Shown: positions 26,871 through 35,096, numbered from the stretch's first letter. The stretch: DNA of 48,031 nt from a virus (IMGVR_UViG_3300009702_000002:1-48031); one strand, 5' to 3'. Translations and numbers: made by a program. The notes: generated by a model not told the origin, from the letters alone.

Positions 26871-27093
26871 AATCTATGCTATTGGTGTGTTTGCATTACT
26901 CTCTGGCGTATTGGCTTTTCTGTTACAAAATTCAAAGTTAAAAGCGAAAACCAAAGAACTGAAAACCACAAAAAAAGTAGCCCAAATAAATCAAGATGTC
27001 TCAAAGATTCTAGCTAACCGAAACTTAACGGAGGTTCTCAATGGTGTTGATAAAGAAATTGCATCTGGTGATACTAGCAGTCTTGACGATTAG
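26854..27093 (+). CDS. i-spanin candidate
   Basis: 79 aa from an internal ATG. N-terminal TM IYAIGVFALLSGVLAFLL then a charged periplasmic part. Confidence 0.5.
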   Translation: MLSQLKIYAIGVFALLSGVLAFLLQNSKLKAKTKELKTTKKVAQINQDVSKILANRNLTEVLNGVDKEIASGDTSSLDD

Positions 27094-27316
27094 CTCAATA
27101 AGTTGCACGAGAGTCATACCAGTTAAATTAGAATTACCTAATAAGCCAACTTATTACAATGATATTTCTAAAGACGTAATTGCGGTTCATGACCGAGCGG
27201 GGAAGATTATTTATTTTAAAGCATCAGTCGAGGCTATTAAGAAATTGGCTAAGAATAAAGTTATGTGTCGAGAATATAATGAGACTTTAAGATCGATTAT
27301 TAAAACAACACACTAG
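27041..27316 (+). CDS. o-spanin candidate (lipoprotein), overlapping the i-spanin 3' end
   Basis: 91 aa. Signal-like LHLVILAVLTISSISC with Cys22. Starts out of frame inside the i-spanin gene. Confidence 0.55.
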   Translation: MVLIKKLHLVILAVLTISSISCTRVIPVKLELPNKPTYYNDISKDVIAVHDRAGKIIYFKASVEAIKKLAKNKVMCREYNETLRSIIKTTH

Positions 27317-27324
27317 GAGTTAAC

Positions 27325-27444
27325 ATGGGAACTAAATACATGAGTGCCACTGACAGGGCTATGGCGAAACTAAAGAAAAAGAATCCAGATGCTTTTAAAT
27401 CAGTTAAGAAGCGAGCCACTAAAAAGAAAAAGCGCGGGAAGTAA
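27325..27444 (+). CDS. Small highly basic protein (39 aa, below cutoff)
   Basis: AGGAG 6 nt upstream. MGTKYMSATDRAMAKLKKKNPDAFKSVKKRATKKKKRGK. Its 3' end overlaps the convergent gene 27419..27643. Confidence 0.4.
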   Translation: MGTKYMSATDRAMAKLKKKNPDAFKSVKKRATKKKKRGK

Positions 27445-27643
27445 CGCTGCCGGATAAATCCATCGGAAACAATCCATCAATAATACCTTGCTGACGAAGG
27501 TAAGCGCATCCCTGCACCTCATACCCTTCAATAATACAGATAGCTTCAAAATAATCAGGAGTAGCCTCATGTAGTGAGCCACCCTGTATGATAGCCGTTG
27601 TCAAAAGGAAGTAAGCTTTAGTCATGATAATGAATTCGGTCAT
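27419..27643 (-). CDS. Hypothetical protein (74 aa)
   Basis: ORF track. Confidence 0.5.
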   Translation of the reverse strand: MTEFIIMTKAYFLLTTAIIQGGSLHEATPDYFEAICIIEGYEVQGCAYLRQQGIIDGLFPMDLSGSVTSRAFSF

Positions 27644-27671
27644 GTGTCAAGTATAGCTTAATTAACAACTA

Positions 27672-27962
27672 TTAGCTTTTCATTATTTTTTTAAGGATAT
27701 CGTTAATATCGGTATCGGCCTTACTCATGTTTTCTTCATCATTGTAAACCGACATTAAGGCTTGTATTAGGTACCCCTTAAGGTTTTCTCCTTGAGAAGT
27801 GATGACGGCCATCTGACCCAATCTTCTAATTGGCAATTTACCAGTCACCAACACAACAACATTCACGTCGTAGTCTGATTTTTCCGCAATATGTTTAGTT
27901 AACTCACTCATGTATTCATAAACGGACTTAAAGTCGTATTCATTAAGTGTTTCTGTGGTCAT
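27672..27962 (-). CDS. Hypothetical protein (96 aa)
   Basis: ORF track. ATGA coupling. Confidence 0.6.
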   Translation of the reverse strand: MTTETLNEYDFKSVYEYMSELTKHIAEKSDYDVNVVVLVTGKLPIRRLGQMAVITSQGENLKGYLIQALMSVYNDEENMSKADTDINDILKKIMKS

Positions 27963-28390
27963 TTTAAAAAGTTCCTTATTTTAATCATTTCTTTTTCTGT
28001 CTCTTCGAATTGCTCAACAATAGCCATAACTGAGTCTTCCAATTTAGCCATATTATTATAGTGAGCTGCAAACATCGAACGAATTTCTTTACTGCTTAAT
28101 AGTTTACCTTTGCGTTTTTTAGGACCAGAATTACTAGGACGTTCTTGTTTGATATAAGGATCAATCTTTTCAATTTTGACCTTAACAGCAAATTGAAAAT
28201 CACCATTAATATCTCTATCGATATGCCGATCAATTCTTCCATCGACTCTCAAAACTCTAAAGTGGGTATCAATAGCCTTATAAGTTGATTCTGGAAACTT
28301 TTCAAGCATTTCGGGGATACTCCAAAGCTGTTTTGGATCTTCGTTTAGTAAATCAAAAACGCGTTTTCTTATTCCATTTTGTTTTGCCAT
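27959..28390 (-). CDS. Hypothetical protein, possible winged-helix N-terminus (143 aa)
   Basis: ORF track. Basic linker KKRKGK. Confidence 0.55.
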   Translation of the reverse strand: MAKQNGIRKRVFDLLNEDPKQLWSIPEMLEKFPESTYKAIDTHFRVLRVDGRIDRHIDRDINGDFQFAVKVKIEKIDPYIKQERPSNSGPKKRKGKLLSSKEIRSMFAAHYNNMAKLEDSVMAIVEQFEETEKEMIKIRNFLK

Positions 28391-28860
28391 TATTTAAACT
28401 TCCTTGATTGTTTTTCTTTTCTATAAGCAATTGCTTTTTGTTTTGCGTCTTGCTCGTTTTTTATATCTGGGCTTGCTGTACTAAAACATTTATTACCACC
28501 TTTACCATCAACACTTTTACCCCATGAGGCGCACCATTTGATAGTGGCATTCTGATAACCATTTGGACAAACGATTCTATGCACACCATTGATTCCAGAC
28601 GTATTAGTAACAGATAAATGCTCTCTTGCTATGTAATCGCCAGTTTCAGCATGGAACTTTCGATCAAACTCTAACTGCTTTAACATTTTTCTCTGGAACT
28701 TCTTCGCAGCCTTTAATGCTGGAGCACTTCCACCATATTGTTTAAAAGGAAAGTTTCCCGATCCATTAGCCGTTGGTATTCTTACTATATATCTATTATT
28801 ATCCCGTGCTAACCATTCAGAATTAATTCCTGTTATTTTCGTTGCTGGGGTTGCCATCAC
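28390..28860 (-). CDS. AP2-like DNA-binding protein (two AP2-like units), paralogue of 29645..30085
   Basis: 156 aa. GINGVHR...IKWCASWG...AKQKAIAYRKE and an upstream unit ending ALKAAKKFQRKML. Confidence 0.5.
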   Translation of the reverse strand: MMATPATKITGINSEWLARDNNRYIVRIPTANGSGNFPFKQYGGSAPALKAAKKFQRKMLKQLEFDRKFHAETGDYIAREHLSVTNTSGINGVHRIVCPNGYQNATIKWCASWGKSVDGKGGNKCFSTASPDIKNEQDAKQKAIAYRKEKQSRKFK

Positions 28861-28870
28861 TTTTCTCCTT

Positions 28871-29137
28871 TTAAGGGTTTAGAGTTTGTTTTGTTAAACC
28901 TTTTTTTATTGTTTCTATTGCTAATTCCATTATTTGAATTAAATCTTCATCTTTATTAAAGTTATGTGCTACATCAACATTGCCTGGTGAAGGGTCGCGG
29001 ATCATTAACATCACAAATCCGTGCTTGGTTCCTGTTAGCTTATTCGTAGCATCCATATCTTCATGAATCTGATCAATTAGTTTTATCAGGCTTTTGGCGT
29101 AATTTTCATTAATCTCTTTTTGTGATAAATTAGTCAT
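28871..29137 (-). CDS. Hypothetical protein (88 aa)
   Basis: ORF track. Confidence 0.6.
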   Translation of the reverse strand: MTNLSQKEINENYAKSLIKLIDQIHEDMDATNKLTGTKHGFVMLMIRDPSPGNVDVAHNFNKDEDLIQIMELAIETIKKGLTKQTLNP

Positions 29138-29352
29138 TTCTGATCCTTGATTATTTTTTGAGCCTGTTGAATTAATTCCTCACCAAGTATGATTGCCAGA
29201 TCTGGAGGCATAGCGAACCAACTAACTGAAGTTCCAAAATTCAAGCGAACATTATCTTTTTCAATATCAATAGACATAACTAATTCACCAGCATCATCTT
29301 CGTTTAATTTTCCTTTAGGGTGTTTCCCTGTAGCGCCTAATTTAACTTCCAT
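29134..29352 (-). CDS. Hypothetical protein (72 aa)
   Basis: ORF track. Confidence 0.6.
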   Translation of the reverse strand: MEVKLGATGKHPKGKLNEDDAGELVMSIDIEKDNVRLNFGTSVSWFAMPPDLAIILGEELIQQAQKIIKDQK

Positions 29353-29632
29353 TTTCAGCTCTCTCGATCTGTTTTTTCATCATTCTAATTTCTGGATGTT
29401 TATCAAAAAAATCCTTTAAATCTTTATAATTATGCTGACATATATCTAACTGGCTAATCAATAATTCAATAGATTCTCTTTGAACTTTCAAGCAATCAAC
29501 ATAAACTAAATTAGTCATCTTCCATACATCTTTTAACACTTGAATTTTTTCATTAGAAAGCGGATCATTTAATACAAGTGTATCAACAATGACATCGACA
29601 TCAATTTCTGGAACCTCTAATTTTTTTATCAT
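29342..29632 (-). CDS. Hypothetical protein (96 aa)
   Basis: ORF track. Confidence 0.6.
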   Translation of the reverse strand: MIKKLEVPEIDVDVIVDTLVLNDPLSNEKIQVLKDVWKMTNLVYVDCLKVQRESIELLISQLDICQHNYKDLKDFFDKHPEIRMMKKQIERAENGS

Positions 29633-29644
29633 AGGATAATCTCT

Positions 29645-30085
29645 TTAAATATCGTTTAAATTTCCAGTTAATTTTAATTCACGCCATTGCATTGCTAACT
29701 TCTTAGCTTTTCTGTATCCGTATAAATTTATACTAAAAGTTTTAGTCAATTGTTTTTTCATTGAGTTGTCCCAGTAGGTTGCTCGCCAATATTTTTGAGG
29801 CGGCGTTCTTCTTTTATCAATTGCAATATGAACACCTTTACCAAAATGCTTGTTTGTTTTTTTAGGTAAAACAATCCCGAACTCTCTATAAAGTCGTTGC
29901 TGTTCTTTATCTCTAAAATTTTGTGCAGCTTTTAAGGCTTTTGTTTTTCCGTGATAGCCTGAGTCTGGGAAACTTTTTTGAATATAATGGTCAGTATGAT
30001 AAGACATGCGAACCCACCATGTTTTGTAATTACCTTGCTCAATTCTTGAAATAAAACGTAGTGCAGTACTTTTAACTAGGTTCAT
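29645..30085 (-). CDS. AP2-like DNA-binding protein, paralogue of 28390..28860
   Basis: 146 aa. WWVRMSY...KTKALKAAQNFRDKE and GVHIAID...YWRATYWD...YRKAKKLAMQWRE. Confidence 0.5.
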   Translation of the reverse strand: MNLVKSTALRFISRIEQGNYKTWWVRMSYHTDHYIQKSFPDSGYHGKTKALKAAQNFRDKEQQRLYREFGIVLPKKTNKHFGKGVHIAIDKRRTPPQKYWRATYWDNSMKKQLTKTFSINLYGYRKAKKLAMQWRELKLTGNLNDI

Positions 30086-30094
30086 ATTCTTTCC

Positions 30095-30502
30095 TCATAA
30101 TGGTGAATTACGAACAGCATTAAATTTAAAGTTAATATAGTAATATTTTTTTTCTGATGTTCTAGCCAATAAAGTAATATCTCCTTTATGATTTATTATA
30201 CAAGGCGGCCTTATAATGATATTAAAAGATTTCGGCATTGGTTCATCAGCAACAATTAAAAGTAATTGTTTATTAGGATTCTTACAAATTGGCTTATTAT
30301 CATTTATAACAATTTGGGTAATATTCTTGATATTTAATTGAATTCTGACTCCTATATAATCATTGGTGTTATCCCATAAATCAGAAATTCCTGAAGCAGA
30401 AAATGATTCAACAAGATTGATTTTAATATTATTGGTTAATATTTTTTCACCTAATGCAATAGATGAAAAACCGATTAATATTATAAATAATAATCTTCTC
30501 AT
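30095..30502 (-). CDS. Secreted/periplasmic protein with Sec signal peptide
   Basis: 135 aa. MRRLLFIILIGFSSIALG-EK. The start overlaps the metallopeptidase stop (ATGA). Confidence 0.65.
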   Translation of the reverse strand: MRRLLFIILIGFSSIALGEKILTNNIKINLVESFSASGISDLWDNTNDYIGVRIQLNIKNITQIVINDNKPICKNPNKQLLLIVADEPMPKSFNIIIRPPCIINHKGDITLLARTSEKKYYYINFKFNAVRNSPL

Positions 30503-31566
30503 TTTAGAATTCTCGGATCTTTAGGATCGAAGGTTCTTCCGCCAGTCATGGTTTTACTATTAAATACATTAATCGTGATGTTTGAGCTACGTTGATAATA
30601 AACATAACGTGGTTCAAAACCATCGATAATTCTAGCAGGATTTTCATATTCAACGACTGCTTTTACTTCTTCTGCTAATGAGCCGACTTGTAACTGTGCT
30701 GAACCAAAAGTTGTATGTTCAAATTCATGATGAATAGTAGCTTGCGGATCGATAGATTGACCCGTAAAAGGATAAGCTGATATTCTAGGGAAGTCAGGGG
30801 GAAGTTTTAGATGTTCATGGGTTGCCGTTGCTTGAGTATTTGGGGCTGAGAAGACATTAAATTTTATATTACTATTATTGAAATTTTGAATCATCATTGC
30901 GCCGTAATCCGTGAAAGCATATTTTTTTAAATTGTCATAAGCTTTTGTATTGGTTTTAAATACTTGTTCATTAGGAGGATCAAATATTTCTTCATCTTTT
31001 GGAACTCGATGAAAACGTTCTCTGGCAAATTGAGCAAAATTTAATTCTTTATCAAGTAATGATATCGTGGTGGATTTATTGATGTTTAAATGCTGTTTAG
31101 CTGCCGCAATTAATTTTTCTTTGGTGAATTTTTCAATTTGAATATTATAGAATTCGAGTGCATAGATTTTGGTCCGAATATCACAATCAGAACCTTCAAC
31201 ATCACAAGTATGATTCGATCCTTGCGTTCTCACGAGCGTATGGATTTTATTACTGTCATCGGGTTTTTCAATTTTATTCTTAGTTATTTTTTTCCCAGCA
31301 GAGCCCGAACCGGCTAAATCAGGTGGTGAACTTGTGACACCAGCGTCAAGCAGAATTTGATTATACTCGGTTGATGACAATGATTGATAACCGCTTTTAG
31401 GAGAAGGAGGCATTAATCGACTCCCCGCCATTCTTTGATCATCAGGTATGTAATCTGGATTTCTAACACAGACTATAACTGAAGCAGCAGTACCATCGGG
31501 TTCTCGTAGAATACAGACTTCTTTTAATCGACCGTCAAAAGGACGATCATATATTGTTAGCGTCAT
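30499..31566 (-). CDS. Zinc metallopeptidase (HExxH), effector / polymorphic-toxin-like
   Basis: 355 aa from the ATG with an AGGA SD. HEFEH is encoded at 30715..30729, followed by AEEVKAVVEYENPARIIDGFEPRYVY. No signal peptide. Confidence 0.6.
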   Translation of the reverse strand: MTLTIYDRPFDGRLKEVCILREPDGTAASVIVCVRNPDYIPDDQRMAGSRLMPPSPKSGYQSLSSTEYNQILLDAGVTSSPPDLAGSGSAGKKITKNKIEKPDDSNKIHTLVRTQGSNHTCDVEGSDCDIRTKIYALEFYNIQIEKFTKEKLIAAAKQHLNINKSTTISLLDKELNFAQFARERFHRVPKDEEIFDPPNEQVFKTNTKAYDNLKKYAFTDYGAMMIQNFNNSNIKFNVFSAPNTQATATHEHLKLPPDFPRISAYPFTGQSIDPQATIHHEFEHTTFGSAQLQVGSLAEEVKAVVEYENPARIIDGFEPRYVYYQRSSNITINVFNSKTMTGGRTFDPKDPRILK

Positions 31567-31570
31567 AGAA

Positions 31571-31891
31571 TTATCCTGTTTTTTCCTTAAGCTTTTTTTT
31601 AAGCTCAACAATCTCTTCATTCAATTTAATTATTTTGTTTATATTGTCTAAAAAAATTTCATGATATTGATGGCTTTCTTGATGATGGCTATCAATGATT
31701 TCCCAAGCATTTACACTGTGAAGTTCTGCTTGAATATTCATAAATAGAATTACCAAGATAGTGAACATAACTGGCAGATAGACATCAATTGTCGTGTCTA
31801 TTAAACAAAGGTGAGTTGACAATAAAGCGAAGACTGTTGAAAAAATAATAAGGGTTTTTGATTTTTTATTTAGTTTTCCTAATTCAGTCAT
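31571..31891 (-). CDS. Two-TM membrane protein with coiled-coil tail
   Basis: 106 aa from an internal ATG with an AGGAAA SD. The ORF-track N-terminus was trimmed. Confidence 0.5.
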   Translation of the reverse strand: MTELGKLNKKSKTLIIFSTVFALLSTHLCLIDTTIDVYLPVMFTILVILFMNIQAELHSVNAWEIIDSHHQESHQYHEIFLDNINKIIKLNEEIVELKKKLKEKTG

Positions 31892-32042
31892 TACTTTTCC
31901 TTGTATGTGTTCACATTTAAGTAACAACATAAAATATAGCGTCAAGAAAACAAATAATCAAATATTAATTTGTGTGTTAATTAGTAATTAATTAGAGCGA
32001 TCTAGTTGTTTGTTTGGTAATTCTGTATAATTGTCGAAGGCC

Positions 32043-32064
32043 ACGTAACAAAAACGTAACAAAA
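32043..32064. repeat. Arm-type repeat dimer ACGTAAC-AAAA-ACGTAAC on one side of the attP core
   Basis: Same 11-bp phasing as the ACGTACC-AAAA-ACGTACC dimers at 32185..32201 (inverted) and 32249..32266. Confidence 0.5.
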
Positions 32065-32098
32065 TTCAACTAAGTAGTTGATTTTAAAGGGGCTAGTA

Positions 32099-32125
32099 AA
32101 GGTTCAAATCCTTCCGTTCCGACCA
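32099..32125 (+). other. attP core candidate: 3' end of a tRNA gene, without its 5' half
   Basis: AAGG-TTCAAAT-CCTTC (T-arm), CGTTCCG (acceptor 3' strand), discriminator A, CCA. No complementary CGGAACG upstream, so this is not a complete tRNA. Lies 144 bp from the int stop codon. Confidence 0.6.
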
Positions 32126-32180
32126 TCTTTATTTCAACTAATTTCTTTAAAATCAAACACTTAGTAATTTAGTTGTTTAA

Positions 32181-32270
32181 AATTGGTACGTTTTTGGTAC
32201 GTTTTAAGTCATTGATTTCTCGATAAGTCGCGATAAGTCGCGATACAAACGTACCAAAAACGTACCAATT
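32181..32270. repeat. Perfect 24-bp inverted repeat flanking 2.5 copies of CGATAAGTCG (arm-type sites and/or int terminator)
   Basis: AATTGGTACGTTTTTGGTACGTTT (32181..32204) and its exact complement (32247..32270). Tandem 10-mers at 32221..32245. The distal arm overlaps the int stop codon. Confidence 0.8.
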
Positions 32271-33495
32271 ATTGCTCCTCTATTTTAATAATATTATCAA
32301 CAATACTGGTGTCTAATGGCTCCAGATTTTTTTGACCGCCCACGTACTTATCCATTGTTTTTGTGTCTTTATGACCCATGATTTTTGATAATTGATAAAT
32401 TGAAATGTCAGAAGATTCCAGGCTTTGTGTCGCAAATGAGTGTCGGGTGTTATAAGGTCGTCGGTGTCGAACATCGGCGTGTTTCAATATTTTTTTCCAT
32501 CGTTTTACTATCGCGCCTTCACCCCAAAATTTACCTGGATGGATACCATCAGGATTCGTGAAGATGTAACCGCCAGTATCATAAGTTAGTTTTTTTTGGG
32601 TTTCGATAGCGCATAGCGCCGCTTTATTTAATGTCAGTGGTCGAATACCGGCCGGTGTTTTAGGAACCGGTTTTGGTTTGTTTCTAACGATGACTTTCTT
32701 TACTAATATACTATTGTCGAGTTCATTGTATTGCGACCACTCCAGTCCTCTGATTTCACTTGGTCGCATTCCCATAGCGCAGCGAAATAAATTAAATGAA
32801 TAAATTTCAGGGTAAAGGATTTTAGTTGATTCCAGAATTCGATTAGTTTCTTCAGGCGTGAAGGGATCTTTATTGTGTTTTGGTTTGATAATTTTGTTGC
32901 CAGTATCATCACGTCCTAATACCACTTGACCCGATACGGTAGGCTTCCAACCATGAAGAATATTTTTTTCCAGTTCGTTATCACTAATGGCTTCACTAAT
33001 AATGGCTCGAATGTGTTTCAATTCTTCATTAATGGATTTCTGGGCAACGTTTCGGTGTTTTGCCCACTTTTTTAAAATGCCAGTCTCAAGTTCAGATAAT
33101 TTAATTTTGGGATAAAATTTATTGAAGTAGTCTTTTAAGCGATCAATTTCACGTGTGTATGTATCTAAAGTGGATTCGCTTATTTTATCGTTACGAAATT
33201 TCTCTCTAAGCATTTCCATTCGCTCGTCTAGTCGATTATTAATAGTAATGTTGTCGCCTCGACGAGAAACATACTTATGCTTTTTTTTGCTCTGCGGAAA
33301 TAATTTTGCGTAATCAAGATTTTTTTCTTTAAAGCCTTTTTCAGCAGCAAGCTTAAGTCCATAACATCGTTTCTGGGTTGCTATTGAATGATCGGCGTTG
33401 ATGGTTTCAGTTACGGTAGAACCATCAAAATGCATTCGTATTTGAATAGAATTTTTGCTGCGAAGAATAATACCAGGATATTTACTTTTGGTCAT
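32269..33495 (-). CDS. int: Tyrosine integrase
   Basis: 408 aa. C-terminal catalytic signature ...RPSEIRGLEW..., NTRHSFAT, MGHKDTKTMDKYV. N-terminal arm-binding-type domain. Confidence 0.9.
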   Translation of the reverse strand: MTKSKYPGIILRSKNSIQIRMHFDGSTVTETINADHSIATQKRCYGLKLAAEKGFKEKNLDYAKLFPQSKKKHKYVSRRGDNITINNRLDERMEMLREKFRNDKISESTLDTYTREIDRLKDYFNKFYPKIKLSELETGILKKWAKHRNVAQKSINEELKHIRAIISEAISDNELEKNILHGWKPTVSGQVVLGRDDTGNKIIKPKHNKDPFTPEETNRILESTKILYPEIYSFNLFRCAMGMRPSEIRGLEWSQYNELDNSILVKKVIVRNKPKPVPKTPAGIRPLTLNKAALCAIETQKKLTYDTGGYIFTNPDGIHPGKFWGEGAIVKRWKKILKHADVRHRRPYNTRHSFATQSLESSDISIYQLSKIMGHKDTKTMDKYVGGQKNLEPLDTSIVDNIIKIEEQ

Positions 33496-33627
33496 TGCCT
33501 TGCCTCTTGTGTGTTAACCTATATTGAACATAGCAAATAAAAATTAGAGAGACAAGAGGTTAAATCGATTAATGCTTTCGGTCTTTGTAATAAAATTAAT
33601 GATTTAGACTAAAATGGGACGTACCAA

Positions 33628-33834
33628 TTAGCGAAAACTAGGCGGGATGACAGGCTTGTTTTTGTTTATCCATGACTCATAACCTTTAATGGATATGACT
33701 AATCGTCGATCTGATATTTTAGTGTATTCACGGCCATTAACCCAGACACCATCATTTATTAAATGACGAACGGCATCCTCAGTCCAACCGGTCAGCTCAC
33801 AAAACTTTTTAATTCTGAGTGAATCAAGATCCAT
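33628..33834 (-). CDS. xis: Excisionase-like protein
   Basis: 68 aa. KFCELTGWTEDAVRHLINDGVWVNGREYTK...IKGYESWI. Directly upstream of int. An ACGTACC arm motif sits at its stop (33619..33625). Confidence 0.6.
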   Translation of the reverse strand: MDLDSLRIKKFCELTGWTEDAVRHLINDGVWVNGREYTKISDRRLVISIKGYESWINKNKPVIPPSFR

Positions 33835-34178
33835 TAATTCTTACCATATAAGTCAGCATATTCTTTAACAAGTTTTCTCATGTCATCTCCTAGATAAATA
33901 CAAAACCCTAAAGCTTCTAGTGACCAGAATAAATCACCACAGGTTTCACACATATATCTGGAAGCCAAAGTTATTTCACCGTCATCACCATAAATTTTTT
34001 CTTCAACTTCAGTAGCAGGGAATCGCGCTCGATTAAATTCGACAGTAATAGCATTTAGTTCAATTAAAGTATTACAACTACAGCATCGCTTTCGTCTTTT
34101 GCTGATTAATGTTGTTTCTTTAGCGTCAGTCCAAAACCAACCTTCACCATTAAAATCACATTCACAACTTAAGCTCAT
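33834..34178 (-). CDS. Cys-rich hypothetical protein (114 aa)
   Basis: ORF track. CCSC and CETC pairs. Confidence 0.6.
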   Translation of the reverse strand: MSLSCECDFNGEGWFWTDAKETTLISKRRKRCCSCNTLIELNAITVEFNRARFPATEVEEKIYGDDGEITLASRYMCETCGDLFWSLEALGFCIYLGDDMRKLVKEYADLYGKN

Positions 34179-34366
34179 TATTCATTCCAAGTATCCGGAT
34201 CAATCGTTCTGGCTTCACCCCAAGTACAGGGTCCACACATATCCGTTGAATAGGAAGTTTTCCCATCCTTAGCAACCATCGTAACTACTGGCGACTGACC
34301 ACAAATACAACATTCACTTTTATAATCTGGTTCGTAGCTATCTACGGCTATTGTTTTAGTTGTCAT
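34178..34366 (-). CDS. Small zinc-ribbon-like protein (62 aa; trimmed)
   Basis: AGGAG SD before the ATG at 34366. CCICG...CGPC. Confidence 0.5.
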   Translation of the reverse strand: MTTKTIAVDSYEPDYKSECCICGQSPVVTMVAKDGKTSYSTDMCGPCTWGEARTIDPDTWNE

Positions 34367-34538
34367 CTTCACTCCTAAAATCACCATCAGCATCACAATG
34401 TTCTGGGGGGTATCCGTTTTTCATTATATTTAACATTCTAAAAAATCTATTCACTATGAGCCAAACGGCATGAATACTCATAAAAGAAATAAAGAAAGTC
34501 AACATAGGGCTGTCACTCATAAATTCAAGTATGCTCAT
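34356..34538 (-). CDS. Small membrane protein (60 aa)
   Basis: ORF track. One hydrophobic segment. Confidence 0.5.
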   Translation of the reverse strand: MSILEFMSDSPMLTFFISFMSIHAVWLIVNRFFRMLNIMKNGYPPEHCDADGDFRSEDDN

Positions 34539-34724
34539 TTATCTCTCCATTTTTATGTTTTCTGTATCGGGTATTTCGATAGTGAATTCAGCATTGCATT
34601 GGACACCAACCGCTCTAATGGCCGCAATAGTATCTTTCTGGTAAACGCATTGAGTGACACCAATCACCACTAAAAAACAAAATACAAACAACCGGAAATA
34701 AGCTGTGATTTCACTATGTGTCAT
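34539..34724 (-). CDS. Small membrane protein (61 aa)
   Basis: ORF track. Hydrophobic FRLFVFCFLVVIGV. Confidence 0.5.
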   Translation of the reverse strand: MTHSEITAYFRLFVFCFLVVIGVTQCVYQKDTIAAIRAVGVQCNAEFTIEIPDTENIKMER

Positions 34725-34885
34725 TTCACTGCCTTCATCATTTCTAAGAATTCGGTTCCAACCAAGTCGGCTTCACGTTTTAGTCCGTCAACAAGTTCAT
34801 AGATTTCTTTCATTTCTTTGAGAATATTCTTAATGAATAAATCTTTTTCAGCTAGTTGTCTTTTTAGACTTTCAATTTCACTCAT
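34721..34885 (-). CDS. Small coiled-coil protein (54 aa, below cutoff)
   Basis: Hand translation MSEIESLKRQLAEKDLFIKNILKEMKEIYELVDGLKREADLVGTEFLEMMKAVK. ATGA-coupled at both ends. Confidence 0.4.
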   Translation of the reverse strand: MSEIESLKRQLAEKDLFIKNILKEMKEIYELVDGLKREADLVGTEFLEMMKAVK

Positions 34886-35096
34886 ATTTTAATCCTTGAA
34901 TTTGAAGATCATTAAACCCTAAATAACGTAAAATTTTGTCTTGAGTAACAGCTTCATCTTTTAATTTTTTACGACAACGCATTGACGCTGAGATAACAAT
35001 ATCATTATGCTTAAACTTAACTTCAACGACAGATGTATTGTGCTGTCTTCGCGTATTAATAACTAGATCGGATTCATTGATATTATCAACCTTCAT
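34878..35096 (-). CDS. Hypothetical protein (72 aa)
   Basis: ORF track. Confidence 0.55.
   Translation of the reverse strand: MKVDNINESDLVINTRRQHNTSVVEVKFKHNDIVISASMRCRKKLKDEAVTQDKILRYLGFNDLQIQGLKYE

Noticed and set aside
32099-32125. A complete tRNA gene next to the integrase.
   Set aside because: Only the T-arm, acceptor 3' strand and CCA are present. No complementary 5' acceptor strand (CGGAACG), D-arm or anticodon arm could be found upstream, so it is treated as an attP core fragment.
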